Below, in pieces: positions 10,628 to 22,350 of a stretch of 64,000 nt of DNA (position 1 is its first letter; the number at the start of each line of letters is the position of its first letter). Source of the DNA: Chiloscyllium plagiosum (Eukaryota); assembly GCF_004010195.1 (NCBI RefSeq), contig NC_057749.1, positions 15,796,549 to 15,860,548 of the forward strand, given 5' to 3'. Below the pieces are notes generated by a model. That model saw only the letters and a list, made by a program, of their open reading frames with translations, was not told the DNA's origin and searched no databases. The position numbers were made by a program, and so were the translations under genes.

Positions 10628-11178
10628 TGGAGCCCACCTTGGGGAGTGGTCAGCCCGGCTGAAGCCCGCCTCGGGGTGGTCAGCCTGGCTGGAGCCCACC
10701 TCGGGGAGTGGTCAGTCCGGCTGGAGCCCAGCCTGGTGAGTGGTCAGCCCGGCTGGAGCCATGCCTGGTGAGTGGTCAGCCCGGCTGGAGCCCACCTCGG
10801 GGAGTGGTCAGTCCGGCTGGAGCCCAGCCTGGGGAGTGGTCAGCCCGGCTGGAGCCATGCCTGGGGAGTGGTCAGCCCGGCTGGAGCCCAGCCTGGGGAG
10901 TGGTCAGCCCGGCTGGAGCCCAGCCTGGGGAGTGGTCAGCCTGGCTGGAGCCCAGCCTGGTGAGTGGTCAGCCTGGCTGGAGCCCTGCCTGGGGAGTGGT
11001 CAGCCTGGCTGGAGCCATGCCTGGGGAGTGGTCAGCCCGGCTGGAGCCCTGACCGGGGAATGGTCAGCTTGGCTGGAGCACAGCCCTGGGGAGCGGTCAG
11101 CCCGGCTGGAGCACAGCCCTGGGGAGCGGTCAGCCCGGCTGGAGCACAGCCCTGGGGTGTGGTCAGCCCGGCTGGAAC
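10628..11178. repeat. GC-rich minisatellite, 32-33 bp unit, ~17 copies
   Basis: Unit GGGGAGTGGTCAGCCCGGCTGGAGCCCAGCCT with variants. Confidence 0.95.
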
Positions 11179-11504
11179 CTTAAGTGGGGAGTGGACCTTC
11201 GGTTTGCCATAAATGCCCTCAGGGAATGAGGAGGGAGGGCAAACAGGCCTGGGAACAACACACAGGAAGCTCAATACCATCCAGGAAAGAGGCAGCCCTG
11301 TTGATCATTGCCTCCTCCATCACCTTCAACATCCACTGCCTCCATTATCCATGCACAGAGTGCACCATCTGCAAGGTGCACATTCAACAACTTTCTCAGG
11401 CTCCTCTGACAGTGTTGTACCTCGTGCCACTGAGGGTGGCAAGGGCAGCAGATGCGTGGTGACAATTCCTGGAAAGTTCTCTCCGATCCTGACTCAGGAT
11501 TGTG

Positions 11505-11756
11505 GAGAAAAGAAGCAGGAGGGGGCTATTTAGCCCATCAAGCCTGCTTTGCTATTCATGGCTGATCATCCAACTCATCCGCTATTCCTGTTGTCTCCCT
11601 GTACCTTTGGATCCCTCTAGCCCCAAGAACTGTATCTAACTCCTTCTTGAAAACATTCAATGTTTTGACCTCGACCACTTTCCGTGGCAGAGAATTCCAC
11701 AGACTCCCCACTCTCTGGGTGAAGACATTTCTCCTCATCTCAGTCTGAGATGGCCT
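11505..11756 (-). mobile_element. CR1/HER1 LINE 3' fragment
   Basis: MRRNVFTQRVGSLWNSLP..TLNVFKKELD. Confidence 0.85.
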
Positions 11757-12576
11757 TAGACATTGACTATGGGTGATATCAGCTGCTCCTTCCCAGTGGG
11801 GAGATAAAATCCTGGAGCTCCCATCCCATCAACGCTATTGGTGACCCTGCACCCTCAGAAAGGCACAGGCCTGTCTGCCCTTTTTAAAAAAAATACTCAC
11901 CTCTCCCCACACCCACACCAACCTCCTAACTCAGGAGTGAGAGACCTGCCCATTAAGGACATGGCAGACCTATAGAGGTTTGGAAATGTAGGGTTGGGGG
12001 TGGGGGGTGGGGGTGGGGGGGGGGGGAGGAGAGTGGAATGATGCGAAGTATAATGAATTGGTCTAAATACAATGTTACTTGCCTAATGCCTGATGAGCCA
12101 ATGGCAGAAAATGTGTAGAAAGAAAAATTCCCACCAGGTGATTACTTCTGGGAAAGTTTTGGGCAAAAAATAATTCAGTTCGTGGACTGCAGTCCCTGCT
12201 TAGCAATTCCCAAATCTCCTTGTGGTATAACGGCCATAAAATTGTCTGATAAATTGCTTTGTGAACACAGTCAGTCCGCAACCAGCTTTTCAGAATTCTG
12301 TCCCAATAATTAACTGAATTATTCAGATGTGACTGTGGAAGGTGATAATTAGACAGTTTGCTTCACACATCTGAGCAACTGCTGGATCCCAGATTATTCC
12401 TGAAGGTAATTCCACGGGATCAGCAACCTGAGCTGAGCTGAGTTGTGTTTGAAAGTTGTGAGATGATCCATTGAAAAGACAGACAAACCTGAGTTAGCGG
12501 TTTGGGGTTAGGGTCAGGGTTTGGGTTGGATTAAGATGAAGGCTGGGCTGAGGAAACCAAGTTTTGGAATTCTTTT

Positions 12577-12881
12577 TTTAGATTAGATTAGATTCCCTAC
12601 AGTGTGGAAACAGGCCCTTCGGCCCAACAAGTCCACACCAACCCTCCAAAGATTAACCCACCCAGACCTGTTTCCCTCTGACTAATGCACTTACCACTAT
12701 GGACAATTTAGCATGGCCAATTCACCTGACCTGCACATCTTTGGACTGTGGGAGGAAACCGGAGAACCCGGAGGAAACCTACACAGACACGGGAAAATGT
12801 GCAAACTCCATAAGACAGCCTGCTTGAGGCTGGAATCAAACCTGGGACCTTGGTGCTGTGAGGCTGCAGTGCTAACCACTG
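12577..12881 (-). mobile_element. HE1-type SINE
   Basis: (TTAGA)n tail, HE1 body, tRNA head GCAGTGCTAACCACTG. Confidence 0.92.
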
Positions 12882-13028
12882 GAGAAATAAAATTGAAAAG
12901 CACAGAAGTTGTGATGGAATTGTATCAAACCTTTATGAACACACATTTGTAGCACTGTGCATGGTTTTGGTTATCACAACGTTACTGTATTGTACTGAAG
13001 GGAATCTATAATTCTAACTGGAGCAGTA

Positions 13029-13658
13029 TGTTATGAGAAGTGCCTTTGAGAAGGATTTGTTCTGTCATGTTTCTTTGAAAGCAAGTATAATAAACTTGGG
13101 ACAGGGCTGTCTGCCCTAAGCACAGCAACATAGCTGATTTTATTTTTAAGGTTGGAACAATAGCAGCAGCATGAAGGGGTCGGGTCACGTTCCCACAGAA
13201 CCAGGATTTTAGTTTGATTTTCAGTAGCTGTTGGGGTTTGGAAGCTGCAATACATCTCTTCCTGCTGCAGCAAAATGCCTGAGTGTCCTCTCTCATGGTT
13301 TTCTCTTGATGATCTTTCCTCCTGGGCTGGAGAATACCCTGTGGGACAATCTATTTTACTGACATTGCCTTTGCCAAGTATATGTTTATGGGGTGTTATT
13401 ATACTGGAACAGTTGCCGTTAGTAGTTAAACAACCTATTATTCTGTTAAGTTTTCCAACAGAATTGTGTTATTCCAATTCTTTTTCCTTTTTGTTTTTAT
13501 GTTAACTATTGGTAAAAATGGTGTGTTTTATTTCCAGCTTAGTAGTTTGACCAATTGCATCTGGAACACTAGGCCTTACAGTTTCCTTTAATAGAAGAAA
13601 ATGTTAGGGTCTAGGCCACCTTCTTAAAGTATTTTGAGGTTTGGTCTGATCCATAACA
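13029..13658. mobile_element. Solo LTR (630 bp)
   Basis: Terminal inverted repeat TGTTATG...CATAACA; 4-bp TSD AGTA/AGTG (1 mismatch). Confidence 0.7.
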
Positions 13659-14193
13659 AGTGTCTACAGTTTTAGTCTCCACAACTGGCTAATGGTCAAC
13701 ACCAGTTGTGTTATCCTCTCGAGCTCAGGAAGCCTATGATCACAATCAGAGTTTGACCATTGGCTGGGCACACAGGAACTTGCATGAGCCCTAATCCTAA
13801 TGCTAATTCTAATACGAACTTGTACTGCCCCATATTCCCCTCATGTCATAATGAACCATCCCAATCCCTTCACAGGAACATTGTAGAATGTAGCATGACT
13901 CCAAAGTTAATCAGGTGACCAAAAGCATAGTATAAGAAGAAGTGTTAAGGAGAAGAGGTCTAGGAAGAAAATTCTAGAGCTTGGGGCTAACTGAGGATAC
14001 TGCCATCAATGTTGGTGGGATTGTAATTAGGGTGGTTCAAGAGCCCAGAATTAAAGGAGAGCTGATATCTCAGAGGATTGTGGGATTGGAGGAGGTTAGA
14101 GATGGGGAGTGGTAAAGCCACACAGACATTTGAAAACAAGAATGAGATTGAAACCATCGAGGAGCTGTTTAACTGCCTCAAGGTGCTACACAG

Positions 14194-15871
14194 AGGCAGA
14201 ACTGGAGGTCAATAGATGCCATGACAGAGAAGAGAGTGGGTTTTAAATATGGCTTAAACAGTAAGAATAACACTCTGCCGCTCTCTTTCTGGGTGTTAGC
14301 ATTTCCTCTCCACCTTCCTCCTTGGTGTTTGCCCTGGTCTTTATTCTGTCTTTCACGTTTCTCAACCCATTGCAGCCCCTCTGCATTCAAACCCAAGCTC
14401 ATTGCTGAGGCTCCATTTAGGAACCAGTTTTTTCTGGAACCTGGGATCTGTGGAAGGGCTTAGCTCCTTCACTCTTTGCACCATCAACAGAGACTGGAAT
14501 TTACAAAACAGTTTTTGTGGCCACCAGAAATCTGAGACCTGAATTTGTCGTGGAGAAAATGTAGAGACTCAACAGGAGACGCAGAGAGTTCTTCAAGAAG
14601 TAGGTCTTCTATTTGCAAACAAAAAACCATGACACTGAGAGAGCAGATTCTCGAATGTTCACGAACCTCAGGGTCTGTGGATTTTTATATTTTTTTTTAG
14701 CATGTTTCTGTTAGCTTATCAGCATGTCCAACTATATTTATCAAAGTACCTCACTCTAGCTACACAATAAACCAGTGATGTTAGTTCCCATTATCTCTTT
14801 AGTTGTACATTCTACTTAATGTTATTCTAATGTCACGGTTAGATATTTATTATCACCTCTGCTACAGTGATTGTCCATTCCAGACTAACCTGTCATGATA
14901 GATATTTAGCTATTCCATCTATTACACCAGTCTCCTGTCTCAAGCTGACTCTACTAACTATTGATTAGATATTTTGATGTCATGTCCCAAACATTTATGG
15001 GCCCAATCCTGTCATAATGACACTTAATGGGGAACCTAGCTCTACTAACTGTTATCTCATCTCGCCATAGTGACCTTTCAGTCTTAACCTTATTCTGCTA
15101 ATTGGTGTAGGAATGTTCTTATCCCACAGACCACAGATTGCCAGTGGCCTTCATGCTTTAACCCTTCCCATTCTTTCATGCTCTTTATTTTCCATACTTT
15201 CCAGCCAGTCAAGTGAGGCATTGTAATGTAGGAAACGTGACAGTCAATTTGTACACTGAAAGATCCCACAAATCGGCAATTTGGTAATGGCCAGAAAATC
15301 TTTCTCATGATGTTCATTAAAGGATAAATATGGACAAGACTGGACATCTATCTCATCTTTGAACAACACTGTGGATTCTCTTACACCCGCCTGGAGGGCA
15401 GTTCAATGGCCTGTTCTTAAGATATCATTCCCAACAGTACACCATTCCCACATTACTGAACCGGGAATGGCAGCTTCGGATTTTGGTTTCAAACTCTGGA
15501 ATGGGAACTGAACTCAGGAAACTTCAGAGTCACTCCCAACTGAGTCTTGACCAATAGACGCACATCTGTAACAATATCTTGTCAATTATAATGCATTTTT
15601 TTGCAACCCCTCTTCCTTTTGATGTCCATGCCCTACTTTGAGCTCCCAACTCAATGCCCTACCCAGCTGAATAGTCGCCTCCAACATTTTAATTTTTCAA
15701 CCGAAGTGAGGGAGGTGCACCATCTATTTTTGAGGAAGGTGGAGAGGAAATGCTAACACCCAGAAAGAGAGAGGCAGAGTGTTATTCTTACTGTTTAAAC
15801 CCTATTTAAAACCCACTGTCTGAGAACCCTCTCTTCTCTGTTATGGCATCTATCGATCTCCAATTCTGCCT
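14194..15871. repeat. Long inverted repeat 1 (arms 14194-14320 and 15732-15871)
   Basis: Arms are reverse complements, with about 7 substitutions and one 13-bp indel by eye; spacer ~1.41 kb. Confidence 0.92.
14546..15197 (-). mobile_element. Possible solo LTR
   Basis: Starts TGTCGTGGAGAAAAT and ends near ATTTTCCATAC; minus-strand TATAAAAA near 14685; no clear TSD. Confidence 0.3.
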
Positions 15872-17760
15872 ATGGATTCCCAGAGTGTTATTTGGGAATC
15901 ATATCCCACAGATTAATCTCTACTTTTAGCTTTATTTCTTTGATTTTTCTACTTAATGCTAACAATTACTGTAAGGTTTAACTTTGAACTCTCCCTTGTT
16001 CTTACGATTCTGTTCTGAGTTACTTGTACCTATGATGGTGCCTCGTGTGGTGACATTATACACGTTTCACTGCTCTACCGTACTTTTGGACTTGAGTGCT
16101 GACAATAAAATGTCTAAATCTAAAAGGAAATCTAATGGCTGGGGTAGTGACCCCTTATCCTGGGTCCTTGGATCTTTCAGGGGGGAACGAGGTGGGACAG
16201 AGGAGGGACTGTCACTTTGCCTGTATAACATGCTCGCTACTTCAGCTGCCTGAAGTCTCTGTCCTTGCAGACAGCCTCAGAATGAGCTCATTGATGTTGC
16301 AGAGTAACTATTGGCAGCAATGTTGGAGTGAATGGTGTGAAGTGGCTGAGGGCAGACAAGGGTATAATTAAAGAAACCAGCAGAGAGCAGTACATGCTGG
16401 GAATCCGTGTCCTGCCTTTGCAAGGGGACTGCGGGGTGGAGGGGGAGTTGGGTTTCTCACAGGCTGGACAGAATTGCCCTCCAGCCTGTTCCCCATTCAG
16501 TTTCATCACTGCTGATAGAATCATAGGATTTTACAGTACAGAAGGAGACCATTTGACCCAGCGTATCTGTACTGGCTCCTGAGAAAACTACACAGCTAGT
16601 TCCAATCTCCAACCCTATCTCTGTCACCCTCTAAACTCATCACTTTCAACTGCCACCTATCCCTGTACTGTCTCCGTATCCCTCAATGTCACCAGCATCT
16701 AGGAAACTAATGATCTCTGTCTTGAGCCAGCCCCATGACTCAGCGTCCAAAGGCCTCTGAACTAAGCCTCTGAACTAGAGAGCTCACCACCCTCCAAGTG
16801 AAGCCTTTTCCTCCTCATCTCAGTCTCAAAACGCCTGCCTCTTATTCAGAGACTGTGTCCCTGTTTGTAGTGAGTCCTCCCCCCAAACCCCAGCCAAGGG
16901 AGACTTCTTACCCTGTCACATCCTGTTAAGGATTTTATAAGTTTCTTTGAGGTCATCCCTCATTCTGTGGAAATCTTAAAGTTTAATGAACTCTTCCAGA
17001 CACCCCCCTGGACAATCCAGCTGTCACCCATAGGGACTGTCCCCTTAGTCTGGACAGCAGTCACTGCCCCACTCTGGCTGTATTCCCAGGGATAACTTTC
17101 TCTCAATCTGCCCCCATGAAATTCTTTAGTGAAATATCTCAGTGATATCACCCCCTTAACATCCTAGCTCAAGCCTACTCAAAGATTGCAGCGATTGGCA
17201 GGCCTGGTAAATTCTCCTTCACCAATACACCAGGCAGGTGAATGATTTTTAGATCAAGTTAATTCAGTCTTTCAAAATCTCCCTTATCTTTCCTTTCATA
17301 AGAGAGACTGATGGAGCACAGTATGCTATTCTGAGCACCAAGTATCATCGCTGTACTTCCACTGTCGTCCAACAAGGGACACCACTTACCTGGATCAGGC
17401 CAACTCCTGCCATTCCCATCCTCCTCTCTAGGTGGCGTGGCTGAAGGAGGTCTGTCTATACATCTGAGCAAGAGGTGATAAGATGATGATAAGAGGCACC
17501 TATCTACAGATGGGATTGATTGATGGGTGGCCCAGCGAGTTGGCCCCCAGGAACAAGACCATTATCCAATATCTGTGTAGACATCTGTCTCATCTCTCTC
17601 CCTCTCCCTTGGACAGATGCTGCAACATAAGGCAGTGGAGAGAAGGTGACATTGGTGGAGGAAACTTTAAGTGGGAGCTTTGCATTGCCAATTGTTCTGC
17701 TGTTTCCTCAGTTTGATTGGTTGCCCTGTCAGACAAGAAAGATGCTCTTCCTGTCTCAAT

Positions 17761-17981
17761 TTGGAGATGCCAGTGTTGGACTGGGGTGGACAAAGTTAAA
17801 ATCACACAACACCAGGTTTAATTGGAAACACACTATTCTGTGCCATACAATTGTGTCCTCAACAACCACCTGATGAAGGAGCAGCGCTCCGAAAGTTAGT
17901 GCTTCCAATTAAACCTGTTGGACTATAACCTGGTGTTGTGTGATTTTTAACTTTGTACATCCTGTCTCCAGCTCTCATCTC
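17761..17981 (+). mobile_element. Palindromic Penelope-like element (second family) with a hammerhead motif in its loop
   Basis: Inverted arms ACAAAGTTAAAATCACACAACACCAGGTT / AACCTGGTGTTGTGTGATTTTTAACTTTGT; core CAC-CTGATGA(17870)-A-GGAGC AGC GCTCC-GAAA-GTTA-GTG. Confidence 0.8.
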
Positions 17982-17985
17982 AGAG

Positions 17986-18762
17986 TTAGAGTCACAGAGT
18001 CATAGAGATGTACAGCATGGAAACAGACCCTTTGGTCCAACCCGTCCATGCCGACCAGATATCCAAACGCAATCTAGTCCCACCTGCCAGCGCCCGGCCC
18101 ATATCCCTCCCAACCCTTCGTATTCATATACCCATCCAAATGCCTCTTAAATGTTGCAATTGTACCAGCCTCCACCACATCCTCTGGCAGCTCATTCCAT
18201 ACATGTACTACCCTCTGCGTAAAAAGGTTGCCCCTTAGGCCTCTTTTATATCTTTCCCCTCTCACCCTAAACCTATGCCCTCTAGTCCTGAACTCCCCCA
18301 CCCCANNNNNNNNNNNNNNNNNNTCCTGTACAGCCGCAACATGACCTCCCAACTCCTGTACTCAATACTCTGACCAATAAAGGAAAGCATACCAAACGCC
18401 TTCTTCACTATCCTATCTACCTGCGACTCCACTTTCAAGGAGCTATGAAACTGCACTCCAAGGTCTCTTTGTTCAGCAACACTCCCCAGGACCTTACCAT
18501 TAAGTGTATAAGTCCTGCTAAGGTTTGTTTTCCCAAAATGCAGCACTTTGCATTTATCTAAATTAAACTCCATCTGCCCCTTCTCAGCCTATTGGCCCAT
18601 CTGGTCCAGATCCTGTTGTAATCTGAGGTAACCCTCTTCACTGTCCACTATACCTCCAATTTTGGTCCACTACACCTCCAATTTTGGTGTCATCTGCAAA
18701 CTTACTAACTGTACCTCTTATGCTCGCATCTAATCATTTATGTAACTGACAAAAAGTAGAGG
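17986..18762 (-). mobile_element. CR1/HER1 LINE 3' part (N gap 18306-18323)
   Basis: MEFNLDKCKVLHFGKTN..QRDLGVQ..VKKAFGMLSFIGQSIEYRS; FTQRVVHVWNELP; (GAGTCATA) tail. Confidence 0.92.
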
Positions 18763-19110
18763 TTACAAGGTTGTGAGTTCAAGTCCCACCCCAGAGAGAC
18801 CTGAGCACATATTCTCAACTTGTACTCCCAGTGCAGTCATGAGGGGGAGCTGCTGTGCCAGAGGTGCCATCTTTTGGACAAGACATTGAACAGTCCAGCC
18901 TCTCAGGGACCATTAAAGATCCTGAAATTTAGTGCTGAAGAAGAGCAGGGGAGATTGCCCTCTCCATCACCTCCCAACGAACTCCCAGCCCAGGTGACCA
19001 ATATTTCTTCCCAAGTCAACATCCCTTAACAATAAGCTATATCTTGCAACAAGCACTGTACATCTCTATGACTCTAATCACATAGTTATTTGCAGGATTT
19101 TGCAATGTAA
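18763..19110 (+). mobile_element. Deu-domain SINE (SacSINE1-like)
   Basis: tRNA head GAGTTCAAGTCCCAC, then CCAGTGCAGTCATGAGGGGGAGCTGCTGTGCCAGAGGTGCCATCTTTTGGA core. Confidence 0.7.
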
Positions 19111-19441
19111 ATGAGCAAACACATCCCCAAGCAAGGAGAACCTGTATGAGAGGGAGGGATTTGGAGAGAGGGGGAAGATTGGCTGATTACATTTAGGAGT
19201 TTGTATCAGCTAGCTTGAAAGGATGAAGCAGAGAGAGGGTCCAGAGTGCTACCTGGGGTAACTTGTATCTGGGCCACTCTGCTTGCATTCCCCCAGTGAG
19301 AGAGTGGTGCCCAGTGACATAGAAGCCCCCTGAGTGAAACATTAGGGTAACTGCACTCAGGATGCCACCTTGTCTAACATTTGGCACCTGTGACAGTCTG
19401 GTCACTCGGGAGGCTGAGCTTGGAATAGTGCCTGAGTAAAT

Positions 19442-19941
19442 NNNNNNNNNNNNNNNNNNNNNNNNNNNNNNNNNNNNNNNNNNNNNNNNNNNNNNNNNNN
19501 NNNNNNNNNNNNNNNNNNNNNNNNNNNNNNNNNNNNNNNNNNNNNNNNNNNNNNNNNNNNNNNNNNNNNNNNNNNNNNNNNNNNNNNNNNNNNNNNNNNN
19601 NNNNNNNNNNNNNNNNNNNNNNNNNNNNNNNNNNNNNNNNNNNNNNNNNNNNNNNNNNNNNNNNNNNNNNNNNNNNNNNNNNNNNNNNNNNNNNNNNNNN
19701 NNNNNNNNNNNNNNNNNNNNNNNNNNNNNNNNNNNNNNNNNNNNNNNNNNNNNNNNNNNNNNNNNNNNNNNNNNNNNNNNNNNNNNNNNNNNNNNNNNNN
19801 NNNNNNNNNNNNNNNNNNNNNNNNNNNNNNNNNNNNNNNNNNNNNNNNNNNNNNNNNNNNNNNNNNNNNNNNNNNNNNNNNNNNNNNNNNNNNNNNNNNN
19901 NNNNNNNNNNNNNNNNNNNNNNNNNNNNNNNNNNNNNNNNN
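19442..19941. other. Assembly gap (500 N); other gaps at 7477-7509, 18306-18323, 50240-50560 and 56942-57441
   Basis: N runs. Confidence 1.
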
Positions 19942-20507
19942 CATTAGCAGGGAAGCTTTTTCCTGTGACCAGTGAGTCCAGAATAAATGGGCACAATCTT
20001 CAAATTCAGGCTGGGCCATTAGAAATTAGGAATTGGTCTTTTCCAAGGTTTTTGTAAATCCAGGATTTCTGAGATTGGGATGTGGTGCAGTCGTTTGCAC
20101 TGGCCGTCTCGCAGCTTCTTCGCAAGCCCCCACTCCAAGCCTGACACTCCAGTGCAGTGTGAAGGATGGTAGTGTCCTGTCTTTCAGACCCGGGGGGTGT
20201 AGAGCTCCCAAGGCCAGGCACAGCAGTTTGGATGGATGTTAGAAACATCGTGGCACTGCTTTGGGGAAGGGCAGGTCTGTTCTCCCTGGTGTCCTGATCC
20301 TCAGCCAACCACTGACCTAGCCACTGTTGGACAGCAGCTCATTGGCTGCTTACTGGACCACAGTGTTTACTAAGTTCAAACTGACCACTCTTCAAAAAGT
20401 ACATCATTGTGACGTCCAGCGGCTGTGAAAGGTGTTACATTTATGCAGATCTTTTCCTGTGGGATTGACAGATTGATTTGTTGGTGACGAGGTATAACAG
20501 GTGAATA

Positions 20508-21279
20508 TAGGTGACCCCCATATCCACGGGTGATACATTCCAAGACCTACTGATGCCTCACAGCACCAGGGACCTGGGTTCAATTCCAGCCTCGGGTGAC
20601 TGTCTGTGTGGAGTTTGCACATTCTCCCTGTGTCTGTGTGGGTTTCCTCCCACAGTCCAAAGGTGTACAGGCCAGGTGAATTGGCGATGCTAAATTTCCC
20701 CATAGTGTTAGGTCAATTAGTCAGAGGGAACTGGGTCTGGGTGGGTAACTCTTCGGAGGGTCTGTGTGGACTGGTTGAACTGAAGGGCCTGGGCGGCACG
20801 GTGGCACAGTGGTTAGCACTGCTGCCTCACAGCGCCAGAGACCCGGGTTCAATTCCCGACTCAGGCGACTGACTGTGTGGAGTTTGCACGTTCTCCCCGT
20901 GAAACCCGTATGGGTTTCCTCTGGGTGCTCCGGTTTCTTCCCACAGTCCAAAGATGTGCAGGTCAGGTGAATTGGCCATGTTAAATTCCCCGTAGTGTCA
21001 GGTAAAGGGGTAAACGTAGGAATATGGGTGGGTTGCGCTTCGGCGGGTCGGTGTGGACCTGTTGGGCCGAAGGGCCTGTTTCCACACAGTAAGTAATCTA
21101 ATCTAATCTACTGTGGATGCAGATAGTAGCAAACGCTAGCATTAAAATGGCACATTTACCTCTCCAGCCCCCCCCCCCGGAATTATTTATGGAATGTTCC
21201 ATGTAATATTTTCGAGCCACAGTAAACCGCGATAACTGAAACCATGGAAACCAAATCCGCAGATACAGGGATTCTACTG
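20508..21279. mobile_element. pogo/Tigger-type MITE (MER44/Tigger7-like) carrying a nested HE1 SINE dimer
   Basis: TA-flanked degenerate TIRs (TAGGTGACCCCCATATCCACGG / CCGCAGATACAGGGATTCTACTG-TA); internal GATACATTCCAAGACC and AACTGAAACCATGGAAACC. Confidence 0.65.
20553..21107 (+). mobile_element. Two tandem HE1-type SINEs (20553-20790 and 20791-21107)
   Basis: Two HE1 heads and bodies, (CTAAT)n tail; flanking CTACTG duplication at 20547-20552 and 21108-21113. Confidence 0.92.
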
Positions 21280-21554
21280 TAGTAGTAGAACAGAATGGTG
21301 TTGCTGGTTCAAGGCGCTGAATGGCCTCCTGCTGTATTCACCCGTTCTCAGTTGCGCTGACCCAACAGCTACTAGGCCTCTCCTCGTAGCCTGGAAACAG
21401 CTCACTGGGTGGAATGATGGCCTGTCAGGGACACGGACATGCTGGAAGCGCAGGACCAGCCTAGCTATTCCACTCAGAATTGACTCATTCCTGGCCGTTC
21501 CGCCAAACACCTGGTCCAAGAATCTTTTCTCCCTGTCAGTCAGCAATAAAAATC

Positions 21555-21896
21555 ATAGATTCCCTGCAGGGTGGAAAAGGGGTCTTCGGCCCAACAAGTC
21601 TACACCAACCCTCCAAAGAGTAACCCATCCTTTACCCTACCCTATTACTCTACATTCCCCCTGACTTATGCACCTAACCTGCGCATCCCTGAACACTACG
21701 GGCAATTTAGCCTTTGCCAATTCACCGAACCTGCACATCTTTGGACTGTGGGAGGAAACCGGAGCACCCGGAGGAAACCCACATAGACACGGGGAGGATG
21801 TGCAAAGTCCATATAGACAGTCGCCTGAGTCGGGAATTGAACCTGGGTCCCTGGTGCTGTGAGGCAGCAGTGCTAACCACTGAGCCACCATGCCGC
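21555..21896 (-). mobile_element. HE1-type SINE
   Basis: Full HE1 body, ending GCTAACCACTGAGCCACCATGCCGCC. Confidence 0.92.
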
Positions 21897-21999
21897 CTAT
21901 ATTTAATTAATAGGAAAATTAAAAACAGACACCTTTTTTGTTTGAATCTGAGAGTTTATTCCCCTCCGTTGAGCGGTACTTTGAAACTTGCTCCTTTGT

Positions 22000-22350
22000 A
22001 TAAGAATAAACTGCATTTATGTAGCGCCATTCGCAGAACCAATGACCAGAGGCACTTCAGCAGGAGTGTTCTCTGACAAAACCTGACCCTCAAGGCACAC
22101 TGGGGGAGGTGGGTCAAAAGGTCAGTCTTGAAGAGTGTCTGTGAAGGTGGTGAGATCAGTGGAGGCGTTGAGCTTTGGAAACGGGTGTGTGGAGCCCTGG
22201 CAGCTGATGGCAAGTCCACCAGAGAGCGAGAAGGAAATTGGGCAAGACAGATTGAGAGGGGCGCAAATATTTTTGAGGATTGTTGGCAATTTCAGATACG
22301 GTGAGGGGGCGAGGCCAAGGTGGGATTTGAAAACAGGGTTAAGAACCTGA
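22000..22350 (-). mobile_element. L2-like LINE 3' end
   Basis: Reverse tail AACTGCATTTATGTAGCGCC; reverse-similar to 1990-2355. Confidence 0.5.

Noticed and set aside
10708..11212. Overlapping 60-150 aa ORFs with repeated peptides
   Set aside because: They are translations of the 32-bp minisatellite.
19193..20019. Long ORFs spanning N runs (also 50165-50772 and 56674-57508)
   Set aside because: Artefacts of assembly gaps.
20791..20870. tRNA-like A/B boxes (also in every HE1 copy)
   Set aside because: These are SINE heads continuing into the HE1 body, with no complete cloverleaf.
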